A stretch of DNA of 59,815 nucleotides, the filler included, from Sphacelaria rigidula (lineage: Eukaryota): the NCBI GenBank assembly GCA_964200075.2. It is 6 parts of 6 records of this genome, joined end to end, with 100 filler letters (N's around TTAATTAATTAA, not from the genome) between each part and the next. Parts side by side here need not be neighbours in the genome. Positions count along the whole stretch, not along the records: positions 19,974 to 29,859 come from CAXNAA020007555.1; positions 29,960 to 39,845 come from CAXNAA020007556.1; 4 more parts are not named here. One strand, written 5' to 3'. Positions 24,036 through 36,400 of this stretch are shown here, piece by piece; the stretch's first letter is position 1, and every line of letters begins with the position of its first letter. Below the pieces are notes generated by a model. The model did no database searches and was not told the DNA's origin. It saw nothing but the letters and a program-made list of their open reading frames with translations. The position numbers and the translations under genes were made by a program.

Positions 24036-27000
24036 TCAACGCGGACGATTTACCCTCTTCTTTCGTGGATTTGTTGCTTGTGCGGGCGGGGGGGTGGACT
24101 TCAATTTCGTGTTCACCGCACCTTTCACCGTCTTGTCCTTCAACACGGTGTTCTTGATCACGTTCGCCCATATCTCCTCGCAACGACGGGGGACCGCCAG
24201 GACCCCCTCTCCTTCCTTGTCCGTGAGCACACGTCCGTTCAGCGCCACGAGGTTACGCCGGCCGTCGACTCGGAACGCCAGCGAGTCGGGCACCACTTTC
24301 ATGGCCTGCGCGACGGCGGGTTGGCGTTTCTTGAAGAGCTTAGCCACACTGTCGCCCTGGTTCACACCCGGAAAGAAAGCTTCCTCGATTTTCGCTATCG
24401 CCCTCTCGCGCGCCCCGACGATAGCGGCTAGCTTCGCAACAAAGGCGTTTGTGATTGTTTTCGTGGCCCCCTTGTACCCGCGATTCGCGATCTCTTGCCG
24501 CTCGTCCAAAGAGACTCGGAAGTATGCATCGCCGCCCAGCGAGGTGGAAAACATCTTGCACATCACCTCGTAATCATCGTCCGTCATGCGCGTCAGGTCC
24601 CCACAGTGCCCGGCCATAACCACCTGATATTTGCTCTTACCACAGGAGCAGAATATGGGCGCGGCGATGCGAAGACAGGCGTTGCGCAGCTTCAGGTTTC
24701 CGGTGCGCACACCCCTTCGCACACCGGCGTACGCCGGATAGCCCACGAGCAGGAATTGCGTCCAAAACCTGAACGTCTTGTGCGTGCGCGCTTGGCGCTC
24801 GATCCAGTTTTTCACCTGCTGAGCACCCTCCGCGCCTTCCTCGAAAGCAGACCCCAATTCGTCCTGTACCGCTGCCGTTATCACGATCATGAAGGACTCA
24901 TACAGGACCGTGATTTGGTGGTGCGCGCGGCGGTAGTTACTGCCTTCTGCGGCCTTAGCGTCGTCGCCGCCAAAACCTTTCGCCACCAGTTCGATGCCAG
25001 CTCCCTAGTTACGTTTCAGCACTGCCTTCGCAAGATGCCATGGGATATGGAAATCTCCGGGCCACAGAAACAGCATATCTGCATATTCCGGGTGAAATTG
25101 GCAGTAACGACGAACCCAGCCGTAGGTCTCTTCGTCCCCAGATAAGATGGTCCGCTGTCGATCCCCTTCCTTGCCCAACTTCAGCACGTCGCAGATCCGG
25201 TGCAGGGCGCGCTCCATCGCTTGATACTCCTTGGTCGATCCCTCCTGGATGAACATGTGAATGGTCTCTTGCGGCATGCGATCCTCCGGAGTGGAAACCT
25301 GGTCGCAATTGAACGGGGGCGCGGGTATCGAGGGCGTTAGTTGGCATGAAGCCCCATCCGGTCCCCACTCTCACGTATTTCGTTCTGGACGTCCACGGCG
25401 GCGCACCTGAGATTCCGGTCTGTATACTAAATAGCGGCAGCCGATGCAAAAGATGCAGTGGATGCTAACATCGCGACTGACATTGCGACAATAGCGCTTA
25501 GAAATGTTTGATGTAGAATCGCTGGCGCCTACCACCACATTCTCAATTCTTCTCAGACTTCCCGCTTTTTCGTCACGTGCTCTTTCTTCTCTCGCCTGCT
25601 GCGTGCGTTTGAAGGTACGAACGGGCATCGCTATTCACCCGTGTTCAAGTATTGGAGATCGCTACCTGCACTTGTGATTCGGACCTTTGTGTGAAGGACT
25701 GTAAGGGCACGCAGAAAAAACAACGTGCGCCGTCGATGAACCGTCCTCCTCAGGTCACGAAAGAAGTGCAAGGTATCAACCGCCCTCTTTTATTTTTCTA
25801 CACATCATGCGAGACTGCCGCCACGCAGTGCATTTTAAAGAATGAGGACCAGGCCTGCTCCGACAAGCACCTTACAAGTTAGACTTAAGAACATATAGTT
25901 ATCGATTTCCCAGATCGCCCCGCCTCACCGCTATAATGACAGTTGCGTGTTGAAGGCCGCCATGGACGTGGAATAGGGCACACCGCATGAAGAATATATA
26001 TATACAGTATATATATCGGAGCGGCAGTATTTGCTTCTCCAACAGTTAAAGGCAATACTCAGTATCCACGTTTCACTCAACCTCCGGCTAACTTGGATCG
26101 ATTGATCGATTGTCGCATTTTAACCGACCTCCAGGGGTCCAGCTGTGGTGTCATGCTAGACGTACCCAAGAAAAACGAAACTGAAACACGTTCTAAGCAG
26201 GGAAAAAAAAGAAACAGAAAAATAAATAAATGAAAGAGGGGTCGAACAGAACGACATAGCAGACGACGTCGAGAACAAAAAACAGTCATAAAAAGTCAAC
26301 ACAAGCAAAGCACAGAAAGAAATGGCCGACGTAAAACAATATAAAGCAAAACAAGAGGAAAGTACAAAGGAAATAAAATAAAATATAAAGAAACGATGAA
26401 GAAAAAAAAAAGCCGAAGGGATTCAGGGCAGCGGAGTATATACAGACACACACCAGCGGGTACCGCAGAGCTAGTGACTGAGGGCATGATCAACAACCGA
26501 TATGAGAGAACAGGATTTTCCGATCGGCAGCCCTTAACTGTTGAACTGGATTAAATGTTGCCTCGTCGTGTTCCTTTCCGCTATGCAGTATGCATTATCC
26601 GTCGAAAACTTTATAGTTCAACTGTTGAGATCGAGGCAATGGGCTGCCTGTCAACTCAAATTGCACTTACTTGTTGATAGCACCCACCAAAACCACGTGA
26701 CGAAACAATGACCATAACGCTACCCCACCGGCTGAAATCACCCGCGAGCGGACCTACCTTGCGGAGCTCTGCCTCCATGCACGTCTTCTCCCCCTTCCGA
26801 AAACTGCCTGCGCTCCTGCACGCACTCTCCAACAACTCCATGGCATGTTCGTGGAATACACGGTGGGTGTCGTGGCGAGGCAAGGCATCCCTCACACACT
26901 CAAGCGTGAGTTTGTCAAAAAGAACACAGCCGGAGTTGTCGTCGCGGCGGATGCACCGGATTCGTTCCCATGGCTGTCGAGGCTATGAAGGATCCATACT

Positions 27001-27897
27001 GCGACCCAATCAAGTTCATTACTGCCTTCATGTCGCAGTTGTCGAACGCGACCGCAATGGTCTCCAGCCATAGGGGGATCACGCCTTCATCTACGGCGGC
27101 CTGGACGATATCCTCCTCCCGCTTGGAGCATTGACTCTCTGTCAGGCACAGCCCAAGAGCCGCGAGGAAATCGTTGGCTTTCCTGATTCCACCGTGAGAC
27201 CTCAGCACCTGAGCGAACATGAACTCGTGGAGAGTCCTGTTGACCGACGCAGCACGACTTTGACGACCATTGTCGCCAAGAAGTAGGAGAAGGTTTGCCC
27301 CATTTTATGGCGATTGTCGCCCCGCCCCTGGGGGGGTTGACCCTGCGCGCTTTCTCTCGCCCTGTCGAGCCCCATGTCATACCCAAAAACTTCCCGGAAC
27401 AAGATGCGTAACGTTGCCGGCAACACCGCCATATATTCACGCGGCGGCACAAGATCTCGCTCGATGTTCTCTGCATGTGTCTTCCCCTGTGTCACATTTT
27501 TCAGGCCTGGGCTAGACACAACATCCTCGCGTACGATGCGCCCGGCCTTTCGTACGGCTTGTTCACGTTCCCGAGGTGAAAGAGAGGTAGTGTCGGTACC
27601 ATCGCAAGACGCCGCCGAGGTACCCTGGCTCGAAACCCCCCACCGCATGAGGGCCAATTTTCGCTCGAGGTTAGAGATCGTGTGTGCCCTGTCACTGGCC
27701 AGGAGATGAAGTCTCGCTATCTCCTCTGGCGGGTACATCTGCGGCACAAGATATTTGAAATTTTGCCGCCCATCACACCCCGAGGCGCAATCACCCCGGA
27801 GGATCACCAATGTTACGCCAGTGACATCGTCAGCGACGTGGGTCATGATTGCGTGCGATATTTTCCGCAGATGTCCACGGCTTATATCAGGGTACAT
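24036..27897 (-). pseudogene. DUF6589-like / Academ-type DDE transposase, disrupted
   Basis: Ordered motifs: FLAALGLCLT and AFDNCD (~27040), ILSGDEETY (~25135), WPGDFH (~25055), FRFWTQFL, RTGNLKLR, PIF...GKSKY and LDERQEIANRGYK (~24500). There is a premature TAG at 25005-25007, frameshifts, and ~1 kb of inserted or intronic DNA at ~25650-26650. Confidence 0.75.
26090..26496. mobile_element. Probable SINE-like dispersed repeat inserted within the transposase
   Basis: A-rich low-complexity core bounded by repeat-like segments (accgacctccaggggtccagctgtggtgtcatgctagacgtacccaag; gcgggtaccgcagagctagtgactgagggcatgatcaaca), compositionally unlike the flanking coding DNA. Confidence 0.45.
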
Positions 27898-28079
27898 TTA
27901 TTTCTCCCGGTTTTGGAGCACCCAACCCTCCACCTCCACGCCCCGCACGATACATCCCGCACGCAGAGCTACCTGCACGCGATCCGTGGTGGGACACCCC
28001 CCCTCTTGTTCTTGTTCGCCCATCGCGGGGGCTTCACTCGCGGCGTTCCTGTCCTCGTCCTCTCCAGTGGTCCCTCCCC

Positions 28080-29033
28080 TTAAGGCTTTAAGGTAGACGT
28101 ATTAGCAAGTTCAGCACAAGATACGCTTCTCCTCCAACGCCTTCTTCCCGTCCGAGACGAGAACTGTACCGCGCCGGCTCCCCCCCAAACCGTAAGTAAG
28201 CGAGTCATTGCAGCGCACGAAGCACCGGCGGCATTCCATCGTACTCTTCCACCGCTTTTCTTCCGCTGTCGATCGCCGCAAACATCACACCTGTCGCGCT
28301 CCATATACTGTTTGGCATTTTCGAAGGCACAGAACCGGTGGTAAAAGCAGTTGGCTTTTACACACAGGTAGTCCGACGTGGGTTCGTACGCGTCAGTGAC
28401 CGCGGTAGCCGACAGGTCCCCCCTATTTATGTTCCACCAGTCCACCGCAGGATCGATTTTCTCCGGTGTCAGATGCCGAAAGTGAGTGGCGGGGCGGTGG
28501 CAAGCAGCACAAAGTCTGTCACCCTGCGCATGTCTCGTCTTACACCATGTGCAGACACCGACAGCCCAACCACCGACCGCCCCACATTCAGCCTTGCCGC
28601 AGTGCGCCTGCCGACCCTTCCGACGTACCGGAGCAGAACTTCCCCTTGTACGGCGCACCGGTGAAGGCTGCCGCCTTTCCGCGGCCGGCACGCTGGAGTG
28701 GTGATCATGTTGCCGACCGCGCACCCTCCGCGTGGCCTGCCGGCCAGGGGCTTCATGGAGGGTGGCATCCGGCGCCCTTCTCGGGCTTTCCAGCGGCGCC
28801 GGCGCGAATACCGTCGTGCAAGTGAAAGAGTACGAGTCGTTGTGTTGGGCTGCGGAGTCCGCATGCACCGTACCTGTCAGGGGGCTACGCATCAACCCCC
28901 TACCGGCGTCGGTCCCGACGGACCGCTTATGCAAGGTGCCGTCTCGTTCCGTGCTCCCGGCACCATCGGGCCTGGTCCTCTTATGCCTGAACTGCTGCTC
29001 CCCTGACCCCGGGCGGCTCCCGCCGGAATCCAC
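28080..29033 (-). CDS. Cys-rich (multiple CxxC) N-terminal region of the transposon protein
   Basis: HCGKAEC, CTWC, CAAC, CVKANC..HRFC and CDVC in a 317-codon open frame directly upstream of, and on the same strand as, the transposase. Confidence 0.55.
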   Translation of the reverse strand: MDSGGSRPGSGEQQFRHKRTRPDGAGSTERDGTLHKRSVGTDAGRGLMRSPLTGTVHADSAAQHNDSYSFTCTTVFAPAPLESPRRAPDATLHEAPGRQATRRVRGRQHDHHSSVPAAERRQPSPVRRTRGSSAPVRRKGRQAHCGKAECGAVGGWAVGVCTWCKTRHAQGDRLCAACHRPATHFRHLTPEKIDPAVDWWNINRGDLSATAVTDAYEPTSDYLCVKANCFYHRFCAFENAKQYMERDRCDVCGDRQRKKSGGRVRWNAAGASCAAMTRLLTVWGGAGAVQFSSRTGRRRWRRSVSCAELANTSTLKP

Positions 29034-29859
29034 AGGCGCCTCCCTTCTCTTCTGCGCGCGCGCGGGCGGGGTCTCGCAAATTCCGGTGCAACGCCGGCGT
29101 GCCGGGCTTCATTGTAGGTTTCCTCCTGGCTTTCCCCGCCCGCCGTTACCGGAGGGCCGCCGGAAATTGAACCTGCGCCGGCGCCCGCAGCGCGGAGAGG
29201 AGAGAAGAGGAGAGAAGAGGAGAGAAGAGGAGAGGAGGAGGTGGTGAAGGTACGCCCTTACGCTTAGTATAGGTGCACATGACTGGTGCTCGATTCCTAC
29301 ATCTTGCACGTCTTACTGAGGCAGCATGCTGAAACAAATTCGCGAAGCCTCAAGCTGCTTCTGCATGACGACCATTCACCTGTGCGAGTGGTAGATTCTT
29401 GTGCAGAGTATCCCGCCGCCGCGAGCCGAATATCCGCGAGGATTCCCGCAACCACCTGCATGCGGTCGCAAACACGCAGGGAAAGTAGTCACGATGGCGA
29501 TCGAGGCCAGGGGTGGGAGGGGATATTGACACGCGTTCGAATTACATCACGACAGGCTGTAGTCTTCCTGTGCGCACATTTATATCGAGAGGATGCTGCA
29601 TGGTGGGAATTATGTGCCCGTTCCTTGGTCAGACGCCGGATACATGTTCAAAGTTCCCCAAAATGAAATTCCACCGCCTATATTCACCGGATGTTAATGA
29701 GTGCGACACTCATTAACATCATACGGTAACCTTCACCGCTCGTGAAGTGAGGCCAAGCTCAAACCATGTATGTTAGCCCGATTTCCGGTAACACATGGGG
29801 GCTGGGGCGGGGGCGGGGGAGGGGTGTACTGATTACCATGCATGCCATAGTCATCAGAC

Positions 29860-29959
29860 NNNNNNNNNNNNNNNNNNNNNNNNNNNNNNNNNNNNNNNNN
29901 NNNTTAATTAATTAANNNNNNNNNNNNNNNNNNNNNNNNNNNNNNNNNNNNNNNNNNNN
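29860..29959. other. Artificial contig linker
   Basis: N44-TTAATTAATTAA-N44. Confidence 0.98.
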
Positions 29960-30424
29960 CGTCTGGAAATTACTTGGTTTTAGTATGATGAGTCGACTCG
30001 TGACGAATCAATCCCTAGGCTTCATTTCAGCGTTGCAATCCAGGTACACGCCGACGCAGCCGAAACATGTGGAATGGCACAAAAGTTGCGTGGATACCCC
30101 TTGGACCAGCGATCAACTTTTTTGTTCCTTTTGAGCAATCAGGCCGAAGAAATCGTGAATTTGGTGATTTTGAGTGGTGATGATTTGTCCTCACCGTGGA
30201 ATATTGCACGCGGCGACTTAAGCAGGTACAACGAGAGACTCGCCGCCAGTCACTGTACCATGCTAGATGATTTATCACGTTAGTTCCGGGATTTATGTAT
30301 GACGGCGAAGTGAGCGACATATGCGACACCCTTTAGCATAAAACTGCATTCGTCACATCATCTTCACATATCTCGTTTACCCTAGCCAGGGAACATAACT
30401 GACACACCAGTAACGCTACGCCAG

Positions 30425-33400
30425 GTTTTTACGCGAGGGCTACCGCTTGCCGAAACCACTGATCAACATCGTCGGACGTCCAATGATCTTCTGGCTTCTT
30501 GACAACCTCAAGTTTCGACACGAAGACACTCTGTGGATCGGAATCCAGCGAGGCCTATGCTCAGATTATGCAGTTGAAGCGCGTCTGCGGAAAGAGTACC
30601 CATTCCTCGATCTTCGATTGGTGTTGCTAGACTTTCAAACACGTGGTGCTGCCGAGACTCTGTTTATAATGCTCCAGGTGACCCCATGCTTTGCGCCGTT
30701 TTTGGTGTCATTCCTGTTTTTCAAGTGGAAAATACTTTGATGTGGGAGCTAAGGGATGAGATAGCGGGGTGAATCATCGGGCCTACTCTGCAGCACTTGA
30801 TTTTGTAACGATGTTGCAGTACACGTGAATCATTAATAGTTACTGATTTCCATTCAGCGCTACTGTTCATATATATATATATATATATTATATACTCCCA
30901 TCAAGTGGCGTGACCCGGTGTTGTTTTTTTCGGCGTTTTCACAAGCAGGGCATGGCACCAGAGGAACTCAAGCGCAAGACTATATCTTTGGACTGCGACA
31001 CCCTGTACTTCTCCGATGTGCTAGGCGACTTTCGGGATTGCCAACCCGAGTGCGGCTGTAGCTTTTACTTTGAAGATGACGGAACAAAGGTAATAGGGTG
31101 TGTGCTGATCCCGAAGTCGTACAGCATCACATCGGGGCGGTGGTGCGAGATGTGTGGTGTGGTGGCGAGTGGACAAAATCCGACTCCTAGCAGGAGCAAC
31201 GAAAGAATCAGTTGTTCGCCATCCATGAAATGGAAACATGAGCCCAAATGACTGAGCGAATCGGTCCCTGAACATTCAACGTTTATGGAAAGGCTATGTC
31301 GCTAATGGACAACGCCATGTTTGACAAGGCTATGTTTCCTGGAGCTACCCACCACCGTTTTGAGATGTGATTAGTTCGTTGTGTTCGTTCTACAAGAATA
31401 AATGTGAGCTCTCTGGACAAGTACCCGTCACCCAAAAGAGTGACCGCGTGCAGTCTGGCGCAAATCGATGAAATTTTCAGCACACCGTAACAACTGCATT
31501 CCTCAATACTCGCTCCTTTCAATCGTTGTCTCGACGATGCCTCTGCTTCTTCTTTTGCCCAGCCCATATTCTCGTACATTCGTTTTGAGCCGAGCACGAA
31601 TAAGATCGTCGACATCCGGGAAAAGGTAGCCGTTTCTCGGTATGCCAATACCGGTGCATACGCGTTTCCGTGCGGGGAGATGTTGCGCGACGCCTGCTGC
31701 GGGGTGCTGGATAACCCTGTCGGAAAGGCAGGAGAGTTCTACACGTCCACCATCATCGAAAAAATGATTCGCAACGGTAAACAGGTCAGTTAGATCCGTT
31801 GCGACCGTACCGTCGGTTATGTGTCATGTTCGATGTTTGCTCTACTTTTTGTCGTTAACATTGAGAACCGAGATGTCATGTTCGCACGATATACGGACGT
31901 CGCCCTACATTCTTGCGCTTCGCGTGTACTGTGAAATGCAGTCAGTCTACAGTAAGCATATGTGCATGCTACTCTGCAGACGTATCAATGAATGGCGTAT
32001 TTCAACCCATCTTCCTACCTGTACTAGCGTGTCGACACGACGAAATGGGGCAATATCGATATACACATGTCTACGCTCTTGCAAATCCTCCCGTCTATCT
32101 ATTTTGCACTGCCGTTAGTTTGTGGGTATACATGTGTCTAGCTTTTGGTGCGTGGGCACTCCGGTACAACTCCGTGCTTTCTTGGACGCGCTTAGGGGAG
32201 GCACAGTGCTACCACGGCACAAGGCTCGGTTTTGCTTCGACCTCGATCGCACCCTGTTAGCTGTTTCCACGCCGCGCCGGGGAAGTGGTCAGGATGATCG
32301 TGTTGAACCGCTTGAAAGAAACATACGCCTTCTCCAGGTGATCCAAGGTTTGCGTTGAGATGGTATAATGACACATCGGTACGTAGACATAAGAAACGGG
32401 GCGTGGAGCTTCCGCGTCAAGGCGACTATCCGATGGCAACGGTTCGATATGATACGTATGCAGACAACATCGCATGGCAGAATTATACCACCAACGTGAA
32501 CGGCCACCTTTTAACCCGCATCATCATGTAGGTAGGTGTCAGCTATCTCACATCGACGTTTGATCAAATGCTCGCTAAAATACTGCAACGTATGCGATTC
32601 GACAGCCGCGAGTTGTTCAAGTATGCGCGTCATGTATTCGCTTATCGATAGATATGCCTCTTACGATAAACTAACGCACAGGAGTTGAGAAGCGCGGGGC
32701 ACTACATCATAGTTGAGACATCACGAAAGAGACTGAGACAAGGCGACAGCGGTGAAGATGACAACATATCCGGACCAGGCTCCTTGACGTTGGAGGTAGG
32801 AGGTGCTACAGGCCCGGCCGCGCTTATCCGAAGATTGTCATAACTGGTGACTTCAACCGAGCAGTGCACCCAACAATCCCGACTAGCTCTCGAGGGCAGC
32901 CACATAAAAAAATCGTGTACTTGTCGGATGTCTGCCGCGTTCACGGAGGAGCCCTTCTATGAACACATCTCGATTTGTGAGTGATGGTGATAGCAAAACC
33001 TGTTGTTGCTGACACCGAGTAAAAGAAGCATGACGATCCAGGGTCGGTACTGCCTTGGTCTCATTTGTAACACAACATTAACAGTCGCTGCGGGCGCTAG
33101 GGATCTGCTTCGACGAGATTTACTTTGACAGGCCCATGGCGGACGTGTACGTAAACGGCAGGGCAGGTATCGACCACGGGGATGTTGAAAGAGAGGTGAG
33201 ACTTGTATGCACGACTTGTGTTATCTTTGCTCGTACGCGGTGTCGTAGTCCGGAGCCTCTTGGCACGTGTCTCAGCATAGTGTTCAAAATAATGCAATGG
33301 GCGGTGTTCAGACTTACTGTAGCTCTAATGGGTAACGGTTTTACGATGCGGCCGAGCAGTGTAGAAGCCAGGCTCTCAATGCTAGCAACATATCTGGGTA

Positions 33401-36400
33401 CGTTTTTCCGTCGTCTTGGAATACCAGACTGCCACATGTGCAGATCCGATCGTATGATGCACTAGGAGAGGCGAGGTGTATCGCCACCACCAGAATTCGT
33501 TCACCCTTTGCATATCCCGGCGTACCCGTGTGCCTGCTCTTTGGGTGTAGTGTCTACAGAATAAAACAGTGCAACATGCGTTACCGAATCTTTCTTGCGC
33601 CTGCACTGGCGAAGAAGAGCATGTGATCGTGCTTTTCTATCAATTTTGTGGCAAAAGATCCAGCCACCAGCTTCACACTTTTTACGCGATTCTCGAGTGT
33701 CCATGAGCGCGCATCGGGCAAAACGTTGACCGGTCTTTCTGCGATAACATCGTTAGAAAACAGAAGTCGCATTCGAATGTGGCGTTTCGCTTGATGGCAG
33801 ATCGGGTGGCGTTCGGAGCACTCCAGCGACGAGGATGGATACACACTTCGTAAGGACAACTTCGTTGCTACGAGATCATTTAACAAGTGAGAGGTCAGCT
33901 CTATGCTACTGACAAGTGATGGGTAGAGTATTTTGACGTGTGCGTGACTACCTGTTGTTTGACAGGACAAACTTCACCTTTGGAGTCCCAAGAAGATTCA
34001 AATAAACGCGTGCAAAGTGGACAACAATGCATCTTGTTTGGTCCGCCGAGGCGGTTTTAGGATTCATGACTGCCCAAATGCCAGTATATACCAATTCCTA
34101 AATATACATACACCAATAGCTGGGAGTCAATGTTGGAAGTATCAAGTGAGATATATATATCGAGGACCGCGAGTACAAGTATCAAGAGATTCGAGTGATT
34201 AAGACGGGCAACTGACTGCCGTCTGTGCTTTCAGCTCCCTCTGCTTCCCCCGTCTATCCTCTCCACCTGTCGTTTATTCTGATGATCTTTGTTCGATGAA
34301 GAATCACCAGCATAGGCGACAGGCACATAGTCAAGTCTGGACCGTTCGAGTTTCTACGAGGGGAGCTTCATTTTTACAAATCAGTCCCACCAGCTCTCTC
34401 CCAGTTTTTCCCGAAGTTGGTGGAGCAAAACGTCGAGCCAGGCCTGGAATCTTCTTCGATCACCATCACCAGGGTGAGAAGAGGACCATCATCACCATCG
34501 TGAAAAAAAAACATGATCAGCAGAGCACAAGCAAGAACGGACCTCGTCCGAGGTACTTTGTTATTGTCTCATGCACAATATATACATCGGGACGCTGAAA
34601 ATTCTGCATGGATGTTGAGTATAGAGTGTATGCGTCCATAGGCAGGAATACCGACGTCTCTGTACTGGTAGAGAACTGGGAGTATGGAGTGTGATTTGTA
34701 ACGCCGTTTTGAAAGCCTCGAACTCTTTGCACTGAACATACTTTAGGTGAAAACCAATCGAGTGCTTTGAAGGAGAAAAGTCTCCCGTCATCCAATACCA
34801 AGCTGAATCAGACAGCACGTGCCCGGACGCGCTACAACCAACAGCGATCGTTGTCGTGCCGTTGCGTTTCGCTTTAATCCGTCATTTTCTCAGATCGATG
34901 GAGTGAGCTACTCGCATCTTGTTACCAACCACTGCGTCACTCGCGGTCGGTTCCTCAAGCTTCTCTGTGGACTCAGAGCAATACATACCACTCGAGATCC
35001 CTCTCGGAAAAAAAACAACGAAGGGACCGGCACTCCGGTGGTGGTAGTGGCGGCGGCCGCGGCTTCCAAAGCGACAAAGAGACGACGCGATTCAGAAGAA
35101 CGTGAGGGAAGACGTTTTGCAGCGTGTAATTCCACACTGCTTCTCTAACTCGGTTGGCCCGGGGAAAATATTCGAACTGTTATTTCAGACGACAAAGTCA
35201 TCTTGTGCATCAAAAACACTTAAAGGTCAAGTCGTCCTTACTATGTGCACCTCGTAATCTGTCGAGAGTGCCCTGTGCACATACTAAAGGGCGTGAAAAC
35301 AACGTCACGTATAGCGCATAGGTTTTCAACACTATCAAGATGCCCAAGTATTCTGCCCTACTGTAGAAAATGCCCGCCCCACGAGCACGCATCTCCATCG
35401 CCTATATCATCTTATGTTTCTCATTGTCTGTGCCTCAATCACAGTTCCAGTTTCTGTGGCACCGGCATCAGACCCTGTTCGCCGAGCCATATCTTCAGAG
35501 CGATCGCCTGAAGATCTTCACCGGTCCACACTGTGCGCAAACCTACATTCGAAGGTCAGTAAGACGAGAAACTCAGCGCGTGCAGAAAACAGGTGAACTC
35601 AGATGTCCGTTTCCATAGGCCACGCCTGTTTTTTGGCCTCTCAGATACATACGCATTGTTATCAAACTCACCATCGTTTTTTCTTCTTGACATAATGTGG
35701 GATTTGCCGTCACCATTCGGCAGGTATCAAGCAGGATACAAAACCATGCGATGTCGTACGATGGCTTCGAAGCGGTCGATATCCCGGCAATGGTAGCTGC
35801 GGTTCTGTCCTACCTGCAAACCTATCAGGTCAGACCTGCCTTGTTTCTGTGTCGTTTTATACGCCTCATGGAACAAAGTAGTAGTTGGTGTCACCCTTCT
35901 GAGCGTATAACGATCAAGTCTGTTCTATGACACCGACAGCGCTCGACATATGGCAAAATATTAATTCACGCAGTATCAGCGCACGTTTGGTGTGCGGTAC
36001 CCACATACAACGGTTTATACACAAGAATAAGACTGCAATAATCGAGTGGTGTCAGATCCTCGGTGGAAGATAAATACTTTGACATAGCATGCCCAGCGGA
36101 TGGAGACCCGCACTCAACTTCCTACGTAGGTTTTGAGACTATGATCTCTGTGGTAGGTGTGTTCTTAATCCGAAACGTAACTCTTGTTTCGTTTCTTTCT
36201 TGGTGATATGCCTCGTTCCGCGCAGGAGGAGGGTCGTTTTCGTCAGGCAGACTTTGTTCACGGAGATCCTGTTTTCAGCAACTGCTTACTCACTAAGGCG
36301 AGTCAAAGAGAGTAGATGATAATCGTCGTAATGCTGAAGGGCTTTGGGGTCAGGGTCCCACCATGTATAAGAACAACCACAAAATTAACGTCAAATATAT

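Larger units (their letters stand above)
21761..24183 (-). pseudogene. Decayed XPG/PIN-like nuclease region downstream of the transposase (AcademX-type architecture)
   Basis: Fragments RILTSLLSRKKFITSDDLF...VVPQAM (24183-23767), AQLACVDGILL (~22420) and VRFVAVCYDRDVIVPPIEAHEQAGR (~21870) resemble the xDG and (F/Y)DR motifs of XPG/PIN-like domains. The region is interrupted by insertions at ~22800-23730. Confidence 0.45.

Noticed and set aside
29985-30043. Possible first exon (MMSRLVTNQSLGFISALQSR|) in phase with the fusion gene
   Set aside because: ATG, frame and donor fit, but it lacks the expected GxG motif before the Arg. The true first exon may lie off-contig; unresolved without transcripts.
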